The notes below the pieces were generated by a model. It was given only the letters and a program-made list of their open reading frames with translations, was not told the DNA's origin and did not search any database. The position numbers were made by a program, and so were the translations under genes. Shown one piece after another: positions 39,401-52,890 of a DNA stretch of 64,000 nucleotides (positions are counted from its first letter, which is position 1; the number at the start of each line of letters is the position of its first letter). Origin of the DNA: Mytilus californianus. Taxonomy: Eukaryota. The stretch spans positions 4,216,001 to 4,280,000 of the forward strand of contig NW_026262659.1 in assembly GCF_021869535.1 (NCBI RefSeq). The letters run 5' to 3'.

Positions 39401-42400
39401 CGGATTTCAGCCGTAGTATCAGCATTTCGTAAGCAATGATATGAAATTACCTTCCGGATTTCAGCCGTAGTATCAGCATTTCGTAAGCACTAGCTGATAT
39501 GTAATAAACTTCCGGATTTCAGCCGTAGTATCAGCATTTCTTAAGCAATGATATGTAATAACTTTCCGGATTTCAGGCAGCCGTAGTATCAGCATTTCGT
39601 AAACGTAAGCACTGATATGTCTTTTTTTTCGATTTAAGCGGCAGGGTCAGTGTCCTGTATTTATTTCCTGACAAGTAACAGTATTACCTATCTACACACC
39701 TGGAATAATGACGCCACTGTAGACGATTCTACTACTTACAGAATTGTTTGTTACGTATGTTTAAAAACTATTTATTTTAATATTTCTATTTTTATTTATT
39801 GTTTAGGTGGGGTTTACATGGGGGAAATTTCAGGATATTGTTAATAAATTTTTTAAATGTTCTTTCATAATTATCATTAACGTTTGTTATAATTCCCATT
39901 AAAGATTTGTTCATTTTTAATTTACAGTAACTATGTATCAATACGACTTAATTCTAATTTATTTATAATTTAATGTAGGCAATGAAATCAATTGGAAGTA
40001 CAGTATATGCCACAGTACATCCACATTTTTGTAGTGATGTAAATCAAAATCATTCTGATGTGGCATCGCCTGGAATAAAGCTGCAGTTCTCACAGTCTAC
40101 TCAAACTTGTGGTAAGTGACACGCGGCATGGTCTGTAATAAAGCTACAGTTCTCAGGGTCACATCAAACTTGTAGTAAAAAACACGTGGCATCGCCTGTA
40201 ATAACGCTAATATAAAAATAAGAAGATGTGGTATAATTGCCAATGAAACAACTCTACACAAAAGACCAAATGACATAGAAGTTAACAGCTATAGGTCACC
40301 GTACGTCTTCACCAATGAGCAAAACCCATACCGCATAGTCACCTGTAAAAGGCCCCGAAATGATAAATGTAAAACAATTCAAACGAGAAAACTAACGGCA
40401 TGATTTATGTACAAAATAATGAACGAAAAACAAATATGATATACAGCAACAAACGACAACCACTGAATTACAGGTTCTGAATTACTAAGTTCTTAGTCAA
40501 GCCTGGTATAAAGCTAGAGTTCTTGCAATCAACTCTAACTTGTGGAAAGTGACACGCGACATCGACAGAAATTAGACTACAGTAACTGTTCTAAAAATAT
40601 TTAGTATACAGTTTAAGTCATATGCATATTTGGATATTATGTCTGAAGAACCTTGCTCGAGACTTGAGTTCTTTTTGCGTTTATTTGACCAAGCCTTACC
40701 AACTGGCCTGAGTGATGCCTCGACGCAGTGACATCTATGAGGAAAAAAAGTATAATAAAAATACCGAATTCCATGGTAAATTCCTTAAAAACTGACAAAA
40801 TCAAACGTTATCAACCAACGGAACGAACGAAAAACAACTTTCATATTCCTGACTTAGTACAGCCATTTTCCGAAGAAAATTGTGGGTTAAACCTGGTTTT
40901 ATAGCTAGGTAAACCTCCCATTTGTATGACAGTTGTTTATAGTTCTGTTATATTGACAAAATTGTGGAACAACCCAAAGAGACCTAATGGGTTAATGTGA
41001 CAATAATTGGGATCCAGCAGCCAAAACTTTGTAAACATATATCACAGACAAATAACACAACTGACTGAAAAATTAAAAAAAAAACCATATAAATACATGT
41101 AAGTCTAAGAAAGACGACAAGACGACAACAAAAACGTTGATGTGGTTGCTGAATATATACCCCGAAATCCTGATCTCACTAATTATCATTACTTACATGG
41201 TGTCAAAGATAAAAGATGACAACTTTGGTGGATTTAGTTATTTTGATACACAAAAATATTAATTGAAATCGAAAAAAAAAAGAAAACAAAGTAATTCCTA
41301 CGTGCAATAACGTCACATTAACTTATCAGAGTAAGAAAGACAAATATGGATCAGATAGATTTACATGGTACAAGCACGAAATATGGTGAGTTAAACAGTA
41401 CTCGGGGTACGTATATACCTACCCACGTTTTTGCCAACAAAGCCCATATGTAAAAAAAAAAAAAAAAAAAAAACACAAAAAACGCTCACACACATTGAAA
41501 AATCTACACAATGGGAAGAGTAATCCTGATCTTTATCGTTTCAGCTTCGTCCGTTACAGATTATAACTATGCTGGATATATATTCCTGATTGTGATAATA
41601 ACAATCCTGATCTCAATCCTTGTCATTGGAGGATGCATATTGTATAAAAAGCTCAAAGAGGGAAACAAATCACTGTAAGTTTCTACTACAAATTATTAAA
41701 TTATTTTCTGACTTTAAATGGACATTTTTATTTGTCTAAGAGTTATTTTGATCAAAATGTCTACAGTGATTTAGTATGACTGGTTTTTTTGTAGTCATGC
41801 AGTTGTATTTGTACTATACATTAAGTGTTCTACAATGAACACATCGAGTTAAACTCGAAAGAAGACAGTTGATGAAAGACATAGTTTTTTTTATTAATAA
41901 TTTAAGTGTTTTAATGTATTATTACAAGACTCCGAGGATTTGTATACTCAAAAAAGGCTATAAATGAAACAAAAACTTTTAAGACAACAAAAATTGAATC
42001 CAAAAAGTCTAACCGACAGCCTCCAATTCGGCGACACTGTTCTTCTAGTCTGGTCAATGGTTTTAATTGTCAACAAATTATTAAATAGTGATTTACTTGT
42101 TAACATTCATAAATTGCTTCAGAAGAATGGGTAATTATGTGTTGCAAATTAGAATTTTAAAATATCATTCGACTTTTTTGGTCATTCAAAAGTTCAACGG
42201 GAAAAATATAAGTAAATAGCTTACAAACTTAAAGTAAATATGATAGGAATTTTATTCTTATGTTCTACTAAATTGTATATAGAGAACTCATTTCTAAAGA
42301 ATAAAGTTGCAATATTTTAAAATTTTAGAAAAAAGACCCTTTTTAATACTAAAATTGTTCTTTATAATGTTATGTACAAACAGTCATATATATGCTGTTT

Positions 42401-42928
42401 AATCATGCCAGATGCCTATTATTTGTAAATTAAATTGTCTTCTTTTGTTAGTGATGCAGTATTTGTATGTTTTATGTACAGACTTGTTGGAAATGTTGCT
42501 CTCCGGATGTAATTGTTATTGTAGTCTTTTAATCTGTTCAATGTAGAAAAGTCCTCCAGACTCATATATGCATTTACCCTGATTTTGCCAGATACACATT
42601 TCGACACTTAAAGTCTCTTCCGTGATGCTCGAGACCAAAATATTCTAAAATCTAAAACCTTATACAAATTACCAAGAGCTGATGTAATCGAGAAGAACCA
42701 CATTTATAACTAATTTCTTTCGATGGTGCTTTGAAACCGTGGAAGTTATGGAAATGAGGTGCTTCTACTTAAAATCATAGTAAACAAAATCTATTGCATT
42801 GTTATTTCAGGAAAGATGCACTGTGTTGTCGACATAAACATCAAATCCAAAATCAAGATCAATTGGAGCTGTCTGGAAGAGATTTCCCTAGAATTAAGAC
42901 CGCTAAACTAAGGAAAGTTATATACTAG
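33447..42928 (+). CDS. Uncharacterised Cys-rich type I membrane protein, 389 aa, 9 exons
   Basis: Exons 33447-33528 (signal peptide MTLSVRRKIWKLMYSFTILAVSWIACSA), 34318-34489 (TCEFPDELQGIWYSSHKG...), 35024-35127, 35995-36117, 37085-37276 (CPSQLL...C...C...YQAC), 39639-39754, 39979-40111, 41545-41674 (TM: YIFLIVIITILISILVIGGCILY-KKLK), 42811-42928 (stop). All junctions are GT-AG and the phases give one open frame of 1170 nt. The start exon is less certain than the rest. Confidence 0.85.
35426..35494. mobile_element. 69-bp micro-MITE
   Basis: TIRs TAGCCTGGCATCCTG / CAGGATCCCAGGCTA; direct repeat CTTATCTAA at 35417-35425 and 35495-35503. Confidence 0.75.
36745..37010 (+). mobile_element. Degenerate tRNA-derived SINE
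   Basis: A tRNA-like head with B-box GGGTTCGATCCCC (about 36795-36807) is followed by the body AAAATTGATATTTGCTGC...AAGAGCAAAGACT(T)GTTGGC, which resembles common bivalve SINEs as recalled. Confidence 0.55.
38050..39620. repeat. About 54-bp minisatellite, roughly 28 copies, intron 5 of the membrane-protein gene
   Basis: Unit CCGGATTTCAGCCGTAGTATCAGCATTTCGTGAGCAATGATATGTAATAACCTT, with variants that recur as blocks. It ends about 20 bp before the exon-6 acceptor. Confidence 0.95.
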
Positions 42929-44049
42929 TCATGTATAGTTTCTGGCTCAGCTAACGATGACCACTTCAATTTGGGACTAGCAAGATTGGAATACTAGTTA
43001 TCATTTCATATGATGTATAGTGAAAACAAAAACGAATGTGAACTTCTAATGTTTTTAAATGTGTTAAATAAATCAAAATACTTTAAGGTTCAATGTGTAA
43101 GAAATATAGTCTTCAACGATCCTTGATTAGAAATATACAAAATGTATGGGTTAATATGAAAATTCGATATCTTTCAATTTAGATTTCATAATCATTTATT
43201 AAAAAAAGCTATGCTTATTTTCGATCACTTTTAAGTATGAAATTATATGTATACTAGTAAACATGTAGAGGGTGTTCGCGTGACATGAATAATAAAAAAG
43301 CGATTGTGAATTATTTATTGGATAACAGGTTAACGTATAGTTATACACCCATAAATGTCAAAATGGTTATTTTCCTTACAATGGAAATTACCACCTGTTT
43401 TGATTTTAAACAATTCCCTTTTTGTGCTTGAACTTTAATAAATCCTTTTTGTAAACTATGTTTGTTTTAATGTTACCGATTTCATGACTTTTGTAGGCGA
43501 TTTGTTCTAAATGTTAATACAAGCGTAAAATCTATAATAAATAAAGAACTCACCTGATAACCTGATTGTTTGCCATGAAAAAATAACGAGATGTGGTATG
43601 ATTGGCAGAGAGAAAACTATACATAAACACCAAAAGATAACATGTGAACAGTTACAGACTATTATACGGCCTTTTACAATGAGCAAAACCAATAACGATA
43701 CCAGTATACTGTCAAAAAGAGCATACTGAAAATCTTCAGTGACGATCGATGCAAATTTAACTTTATGCAAATATTGAAAAACTGAAGAAGAAAAAAAACA
43801 AAAGTTAGCTAGACCATTTTTCGTTATTGTAGTTGGCCGATAGGTCTTTAGGTCTATAGAGCAGAACATTGATTAAATGATTTTTATGGTTTTAATGCCA
43901 AAATTCAAGACCCTGTAAACCGTACCGACATTGAGCACTGACTGAAAGGTTTTTTTTCGAGAATATATATAAGATTTAAGTTTACAGTTACTATTGAAGG
44001 CATAAGTTGTTATTAGAAATTTAAAAAAAATGATTAAGTTATATACAGT

Positions 44050-47000
44050 TGTGGTCAACGGCAATCTATCTTTCGGAAATCCATTAATGTCTTCTATTGT
44101 ATTATGGTTAACGACCAGAAAGTATTACCATGAATGGACACCACATATGATCAACGATGTTCGGTACTTATCTATTGTCGAAGGCCATCTGGTGCATTAA
44201 AATTGTACCGTTGATGTTATTAGGTGCCATTTTGTCTTCAGTCGTCAGCCATGTACAACTGGTTTTTAGTCGACGTAAAGAAGACCTTCTTTCTATGGTG
44301 AAGTTGTCATATAGGGTTCATAATGAATGTTCTTTTGCGATGTATGTCAGACTTTATTTTAACATATGTCCTATTGTTTTTCGGTCAGCGGTCACATCAA
44401 CGATGCAAAGTAGACTTTCTTTCTGTTGAATAGATGTCTTAATGGTCTTCTGTCGTTGGTCATAGGAACGATGCATGACATACTTTATCTATAAATAATA
44501 TGTCGTGTTGGTCTTCAGTCAGCAGTCATATGAACCATGAAATAAACTCATCATATATACCAGGCTTAAACTTTTGTTCGCCAGACGCGCGTTGCGTAGA
44601 CCTGCCAAAGACTCAGCATGGACGCTCGAATAAAAAAAGTTAAAAAGGCTGAATAAAGTACGATGTAAAAGAGCATTTAGGACCCCAAAATTCCGAGAGG
44701 TTTTGTCAAATACAGCTAAGGTAGTCTATTCCTGGGATAGAACATCCTTGGTATTTCAAATAGTAACCTTTTTAACTAAAATCTATAAACTTAATGTCCT
44801 ATTGATATTTGATCATAGTTGGCTGTTATGTACATGAGCGATATATGGCAAACTTTTTCTGTAAATACTGAGTCGTGTTGATCTTCAGTCAGCAGTCATA
44901 TGAACCATGAAATGTAGTCTTTCTATCAATGATCTATATACATAATTTCCTATTGGTATTTGATCATAGTTGGCTGTTATGTACATGAACGATATATGGC
45001 AAACTTTTTCTATAAATACTGAGTCGTGTTGATCTTCAGTCAGCAGTCATATGAACCATGAAATGTAGTCTTTCTATCAATGATCTAAATATCATAATAT
45101 CTATTGGTATTTGATCATAGTTGGCTGTTATGTACATAGGCGATGTGTGGCAGACTTTTTCTATAAATACTGAGTTATGTTGGTCTTCATTCAGCAGTGA
45201 ACTATGAAAAGTAGTCTTTCTACCTAAATTCTATATACATTTTTTGTACTTGATGTCCCATTGGTCATTAGTCTTGGTCGGCTGTTTGGTATACTTTCTT
45301 TCTATTGCTTCGTTGTCATATAGATATATGAGCGTTGTTTTGTAGACTTTCTATCTTTTACTTAGATGTCTTATAGGTTTTTATGCGGTTGTAATATAAA
45401 AGATGTAAGGTATAATTTCTCAGCATTGTTTAGTTGTCCTATAGATATATGAGCGATGTTTTCCAGGCTTTCTTTTTTATATTATCTTTCCAATTGGTTG
45501 TCCGTCGGGATCTTATGATCGAAGTTTTTGAGACTTTTAATCTATATATAAGATCTACCATTGATCTTCAGTCGGCGTTTACAACTATCTTTCTATAATA
45601 ATAAATAGGATGCCAATTGATATTTTGGTCTTCAGGCGATGTTTATAAGACCACTTATGGCATACCTACTTTTTATATATTATAAGACCCATTGGTCTTC
45701 AGTCTAGAAGCATCTTGGCGGCGGTGATATGCTCATTGGGTGACAGACATTCTTTCTGAAAATTAGATGGCACTGCTGGTCATCAGTTGCAGTCATATGA
45801 ACAAGTATGGAAAAGAATTTTTTTTAGTGGGTTATATGTCGTCCTTTTTGGGCTTCAGTCGGCGGTTATATGATAGATGTATAGTAGACTTTCTCTCTTT
45901 AGATTAGATGGGCTATGAGTCTTCAGTCAACAGACGCATGAACGATGAATGGTAGATTGTTTTCTGTAGATTAGATTATCCTACTGGGTTAAAGATAACA
46001 TCTATAGGAAATGTTATCGTAGACTTTATTTCTTTATATTATATATTATATTGGTCTCCATTTGGCGGTCCGGAAGAATGCATGGTAGATTTTCTAATGA
46101 AAATTGTGATTTCCTATGTGATGGCTTCATTCAAGGGTCATATGAACGAAATATGGTAGAATTTCTCTCTATAGATAAGATGGCCTATCGGTTTTCAAGC
46201 AGTAGTTATAAAACCAATGATTGGCAGCATTTCTTTCTATATATGATGTCTTATGTAGATTTCAGGCAGCGGTCATGAACACTGAATTGTAAAGAAGACT
46301 TCCCATACAAAGATTAGATGTCATTTTGGGTTTTAGCGGTCAACCAATCTATGTATTCTTGACTTTCTTCATACAACATATATGCCATATTAGTCTTCGT
46401 GATGGTGACCGTAAAACTGATGTAGTGATGTATGGCAGATGTTCTGTTTATAAAGAAGATGCCATACTTGTTTCAGGTGGTGGTCACACGGAAAATGTAT
46501 AGTAGATCTTTTTTATGGATACTATGACCAATCGGTCTTTAAGCGGTTGTTAAAAAACTCATCAAATACACCAGGCTTAAAGGCTTACATAAGACTCATT
46601 AGTAACGCTAAAATAAAAAAAAATGAACCCGCGTGAAAACAAGTGGAAGAGCATTGAAAATAAAAAAAAACTCCAAAACTAGATCATCAATGGCTGGGGT
46701 AGAAAATTCTCAGTGCCTTTATTTAACATACATATTTTGTTAACAGTAAATTAATAAAAAAAAACTTCATGTCAACACAGAAGAGTTGACTACTGGGCTG
46801 GTACGTGAAACCCTCTAGAACGAAACGTCCACCAGCAGTTCATGGCATACTTTCTTTCTATAGATTAGATGTGATATTGGTCTTAAGTCGGGTTTCATAG
46901 AAGCGATGCCTAACATTCTTACTGTAGATAATATATTTCCTAATGTCATCAGTCGGTGGTCATGTTAACGATGAATGGTTGACAACTATGTCCCAATTAG

Positions 47001-47050
47001 ACTGCAGTTGGTGGGAATATGAACGACAAATGGTATCAATTCTTGAGACT
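44050..47050. repeat. Degenerate satellite-like region (about 60-75 bp subunits; about 150-bp copies at 44870-45190)
   Basis: Recurrent TTGGTCTTCAGTC(A/G)GC(A/G)GTCATATGAAC motif. Near-identical blocks start at about 44872 and 45023. Confidence 0.7.
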
Positions 47051-47826
47051 GCATGCCAGTGATACGTAAAACATATTTCCAAAAGTGTCAGATTTCTGAA
47101 TGACAGGAAAAGACTTTTAATATTCAATTATCATTGATACCCGTTTAGAAAAATACCAGTATGGTGTATATAATACAAAACATGAACATTAGATTTACCC
47201 TAGACAGGGAATAAAAACATGGACTTGTTTACTACAGAACCAATAAAAAAAAGAGATTATTTCAAAATATTTAATTTTGTCGTGTTTAAAGTCTTTTAAG
47301 AAAGTGTAAGTAGTACAATCTTTCAGGATGCATTCATACATGATTGACAAAATAAAACATACAATGTATGTATTATTTGATAAGCATTTACAGAGATGGA
47401 AACTCTATATATTTCAGTATGGAATTTGATAATTATATATCAATAAAAATATACTTATTGGCTATCTCACTGTATTAAGATACAAAATATATGTATATAT
47501 AGCTATTTATATACAAAAGTTTTGCGTGGTATAAAAAATTAAAGTAAGCAATTGTGTGTGATTAATGACCAACAGTTTACGTGTTGATAAACACCTTTGA
47601 AAAAGTAAAAATGGATTTTCATCACAATATTCATGACGATATGTTTTGATTTTAAACAATTCCCTTTTTATGCTTAACCTAAAATATATCCTGCTAACAA
47701 CTTTTTTTTGGAGTTTCACGTTTCTGATTTCATGATGATTGTAGGCGGTTTGTTTGATATAAATACAAGCTTAAAGTGATGCAGTCAAGATCTTGCTTCT
47801 TAAAGTTGGAACAATTGTATTCAAAG

Positions 47827-50536
47827 ATGATTCATACGAAATATTTAGCAATCTTTGCTCTTGTAGCAGTTCTGTTTGACTACACAGGTATGTTACGAAT
47901 ATTATAATAACTTTCATAATACAAAGTTACTAATGTTGCTGTATTCGTGTTGACAAGTAAAATAGCAACTATAAGAGGTTTCAAACGATATTTCATAAAA
48001 AATTGTAAATATCGAAAAACTGTTTTCTTGATGAATTTTCGCTTTTTGATTTGGTTCTTTCTAGTTATGTTAGAATGCTGTTTCATTGATCTATACCCCA
48101 TGCATATTGAAAACTGCATTGTTTTAGTTATAAAAAAATATTAAACGGTACAATTTTACTACACCTAAGATGTGGATTTCGACAATTGATGCCTCGACAT
48201 CTGATAATCCAAAACCACATTTTAACATTGAAGAGTCGATAAAACGAACAAGGGATCAGAGCATTGCATGAGGTAGATACATTCCTTAGTTTCACTGAAA
48301 TTGTATAACCGCAACTTTCAATAAAGCAAAGTCAGTATTACAAGACAGAACTGAAGTACTGTACTGCTGGTCTGGTAATACCCTCGGGATTAACAGTCCA
48401 CCAGCAGAGGTATTGGCCCAATGATATTAGAACATTAAACGTTACCAGTTCTACTTCACCGGTGATGCGCATGTCCACAGTTAATTTATTTGAGTGTGGT
48501 TTGAGGCCAACATTTTTAAAAATCCAAAATCTGATACATTTGTTCAATAGCATACCGAAAAGAACCAAAACTATAGCCAAACCTTGGCAAAGAATCAAAG
48601 CTAATGAATTCCTTAATTTCAACGATTTTTAAGTTTTATTACAATATCCGTAATTTCATTACAAAACCGAATTAATGTATGTCACTGGGCTTGTGATACA
48701 CCCCGGGACTAGCAATGTACTAATTCTTGATTTAACACAAAAAAGTATACCTTTATAAGGAACCTGTAATTCAGTGGTTGTTGTTGGTCTCTGTCTGTCA
48801 TATTTATTTGTAGTTTATTGTTTTTTTTTATAAATCAAGCCTTTGGTTTTTCTTTTGAATCGTTCTCGTTTTGTTATTTCGGGACCTTTTTCAGCTGAAT
48901 ATACTACATGGTTTTGCTCATTGTTGAAGGCCTTACGGTGACATTAAGTTGCGTACGTCAACATCATTTGGACACTTGTGGATTGTTGTATCATTGGCAA
49001 TCATACCACTTCTGCTTATTCTTATGTTGTCCATTAAAGACCGAAGGACAAATATGTGATACCTATCCAAGAAAACCTTTTTAGGATTATTATCAATATC
49101 ATTATTACCGTTGCTATTATTTGCACACTGTAGATGGAAACTGTCATTTCCCTGAGGAGCTGAAAGGAAGCTGGAAAGAACCTAGTGGAGATGACACTTT
49201 GCTACAATTCACTAGTGATGAATTAACTGGTTTTAAGTTAAATGTTCCTAAACTATCCCAGTCAGATTTTGAGTGTATAAGTTCTCGTGTTGACGGAGAC
49301 GCAACAAAGTACATGTTAAGGTAAGATTCCTACGAAGTACAATTATCCATAGTATTGATATAGTCAGTTTACCAAACCAAAAGTTGCAGTATCAAAGTAT
49401 GCATTTTTAAAATGAATTATCAAACAGGACACATTACATGATAAAGTGAATGATAAAAACTCGTTATTTTGATGAGATTCCAGCAAATAGACGACATGCA
49501 GAGATTGGTTTTATATATGTATATAACTGTGAAATGCATCACTGTGAAGGTAAACAAAACTAGATTTAAACACGTTGTATGTTGTCTTTTTTCATTCTAA
49601 TATCCGCCTCACTATTTTCGATATTTGACGGCGCTGTCCAAATCTTCTGTAGTATTAGTCCACCTTCATTTTAAAGTAACGCAAACTTGACGTCCTTGTG
49701 CATGAATCTTAAAAAAAGAAATAGCTTATGTGTTCTTGTACAAATGTAACCAAATAACAGCTATTAGCCTTCAAGTTTAAATTGTTTGCATTTTTTTCTA
49801 ATTCTAATTATATTATGAACATAGGAAGTTTATACTGTTGTTAAATATGGTGACGTGTATGTTACCCTTTTGGTGTCTTTTAATTTTTTTGTGGTTGCGT
49901 TGGTGTCTCTTATTATCTTATCTATCAATATTAATCTTCACAATGTTAAATTATAGAGCAAGAGACTCTGTCACAGTATTTGGAGTGAGACCAGCACTTT
50001 ACATGTGTGTAGAAATACAAGAAAAGCAGAATATCAAGTACTATGCCATCGAAACAAGTATGTATGTTGCCATTTATTGAATGAGTAGACATCAGTATCG
50101 ATATAAACATTATCTTTTATAGAATGTCCCATAATTACAACCGTAGACACAAATGCCAGCCTGGTCATTTTAATGGATTAATATACGTAAAAGATAACAC
50201 ACTTATAATTACAATCATTTAGTGTGTGCCATAAAAAGCAAACCTTAACTAAAAGGAAAAATATGAAAATGTATACCAATCACAACGAAAATTGCTTTTG
50301 GTAGTCATGTTGAATAGCTGACCGAAACTTACTTTATTCATATTTTACTAAAGGCCTCATATAGAATATCTCATGTTAATTTAATTTGGTTTTAAATATT
50401 GATATAATTTCATCATAACGGATCACTCAATCGATTATCCCTATGATGTTGGTCTTGTAGTTATTCGAAATGTAATCGAAAGTGGACCAATGAGAATCAA
50501 TAATTCCATGTTTATGTTTTGTTTTGTTTAGCTTTT

Positions 50537-50569
<33 letters not shown>

Positions 50570-51955
50570 TGTATGATTATGATGAAATTAAAAGAATAAC
50601 TAACGAAAATATCCTCTGACCATGGCTTGGTTTGCTACGATACTGTTCTAGAATATCATACGAATAAGGATAATAACTTGCGCTTATTGGCAAGTATATA
50701 ATTTGTCCTGTTATGTTTTAAATAGAGAAAGATCCTATTTTACAAGACAAGTTGTACGGCACAGCAATAAATGAAATACCAGATATAGAAAAGGTCTGCA
50801 ATCTGAGTGACCAGGAAGGTATTGTCATATTAAAAGAGTCTGGAAATGGCCCCAAACAGACAAAAAGAAAAATTACAAACATTAATAGGTAAGTACGAAA
50901 GTAATATACAAACACCAGTTTATGTGTTGATGTTTCTTGTGTTTATTTCTGAAACAGAATCTTTCTTAACTTCAAAAACACCTGAATTCACAACCTTTTG
51001 TTTAACGTTTAGGCATACTCTTTGATTTATGTTTACTGTTTTATAGAAAGTTGTTTGAAACTTCGCGTTTTACTTTTTGGTAATGATACGTTCTGTTAAT
51101 AATCGACTTATAGCATTTAAAAAAAGATAAGTCAGGGAAATGAAACACACACATACGTGTAAAAGTAATGCAATTCCAGATATGTATATATATATATATT
51201 ATACAATGATTATTATACAATGATATATTAACACGTGCTTCTATCTGCATGGAATTAACAGTTATGCATAGAATCACATAATATATAATGCAGGATAATT
51301 CGAGAAATATTTATAAGAAAAAAACAGAATAGTAAATTTTACTTTGTCTTCCAATACAAATAGTTTGATTTATTGTTACATGACTAATATAGCAGCAGCT
51401 TTGTTTAAATATTGATCTTGAAATTCTAATTATGTTGCAGAATGCAATTCAGATTGTAACAATACATATAGTATTGGCATGTTGATAACTTATTCCTTAA
51501 TCTACTTTCTAATATAAAATAGTAAAAAGTAAAATAACAAAAATACCGAACTACGAGGAAATTTCAAAACAGGAAATTCCCTTATCAAATGGCAAATTCA
51601 AAAGCTCAAACATATCAAACGAAGCGAATGGAAAACAACTGTCATTTTCCTGACTTGGTACAGGCATTTCCTTGTGTAGAAAATGGTGGATTAAACCTGG
51701 TTTTATAGCCAGCTAAACCTCTCACTTGAATGACAGTCACATAAAATTCAATTATATTGTACCAGTCGCGTAAAAATATACAAGAATGACGTTTTTCGAG
51801 TAAAAAGTTATTCCAACATGTATTGACAGTTGTGCAGAAACAGAAGTTTAGAAAGAAGAGTAATTAATTATTGCATATTTTACCTTTTCAGCTTGTTAAG
51901 CCAGTTAAGACTAGCTCTTGAAAAGAAAGATGACAATTTTGACATTAAGAAATAA
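47827..51955 (+). CDS. Secreted 191-aa paralog of the upstream Cys-rich membrane protein (N-terminal domain only)
   Basis: Exons 47827-47887 (MIHTKYLAIFALVAVLFDYT), 49134-49320 (DGNCHFPEELKGSW...FECIS...KYMLR), 49957-50057 (VFG...LYMCVEI...YY), 50726-50888 (KVC...ILKESG), 51892-51955 (stop). The 576 nt are open. The first three intron phases (1, 2, 1) and the C-x-FP-x-EL-x-G-x-W motif match the upstream gene. There is no TM segment. Confidence 0.8.
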
Positions 51956-52598
51956 TTTTTCTGTGATGATTTGATGCCGATATGACTTCACTCAGCGAGG
52001 ATTTGATGCCTAAACATATATACTCTTGATGTCTTAACTTGATAGTCTGCGATAACTTAATATCAACAGTCTATACTCTTCGGTGATTTGATGCCCAAAA
52101 CGTATATAATCTTAGATAATGTTATGCCTGAAAGTATATTCTCTGCGATGATTCAATACCCACAACATATACGTTGCGATGATTTGATACCTATAGTCAA
52201 AACTCTGCGATTCCTTTATGCCTATTGTCTACACTCTGCGATGATTTGATGTCCATTGTCTACACTTTGTGATGATTTTATGTCCATAGTCAATATTCTG
52301 CAAGACTTTCATACCTATAGTATCTTCTATGTAACTACTTATATTAAATTATAATACTTCATAATAAAATTATATTTGCCATAACATTTATCAACATTAT
52401 TCCAAATGAAAACAGGAATTAACATTTAGAAAATGTTAGTCAGTGGGATACTGTCTGATATCTTAGTCTGGGAAAATATTGTCCATTAGTTGAAATTGGC
52501 TTTGAACTGTAGATTTCAACAACTGCGAGTACTCTAAGATCGTTACTTCTGTCGTTTTGTTCGTTGTATTGTGCTTAGTACCGATCTGATTCATTCGA

Positions 52599-52890
52599 AC
52601 GCCACTGACGAATCCCATGTAGACGAAACGCGCGCCTGGCGTAACAAGTTATAAACCTGGTATCTTGAATGAGTTTTTTCAACCACTTGGTCGATTCCAC
52701 TGCTGGTGGAAATTTCACCAGCTCATTAGTCAGCACTTTTGTGTTGACATGAAATATCATTAATATGTTTATTTTTTGTAAATTCAGGAGTTTGTGGTAT
52801 TAATTGTACTTCAATTTCGTATTTGATTTGGCCTTTTAACTTGTTTTATTTGAGCGCCACTCATTAGTCTTGAGCAGACGAAACGCGCGT
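52599..52890 (+). ncRNA. Two degenerate minimal type I hammerhead ribozyme motifs about 255 bp apart (retrozyme / Penelope pLTR-like)
   Basis: Copy 1: ACGCCA-CTGACGA-atcccatgtagac-GAAAC-gcgc-GCC-TGGCGT (52599-52642). Copy 2: GCGCCA-CTCATTA-GTCT tgagc AGAC-GAAAC-gcgc-GT (52854-52890). Both deviate from the catalytic consensus. Confidence 0.7.

Noticed and set aside
38068-39425. Several minus-strand ORFs with 18-aa repeats
   Set aside because: They are translations of the 54-bp intronic minisatellite.
48268-49133. Alternative start (ATGAG|gt at 48268 joined to 49085, MRIIINIIITVAIICT) implying a frameshifted pseudogene
   Set aside because: A better signal-peptide exon at 47827-47887 joins in frame at 49134 with the same phase as the paralog, so no frameshift is needed.
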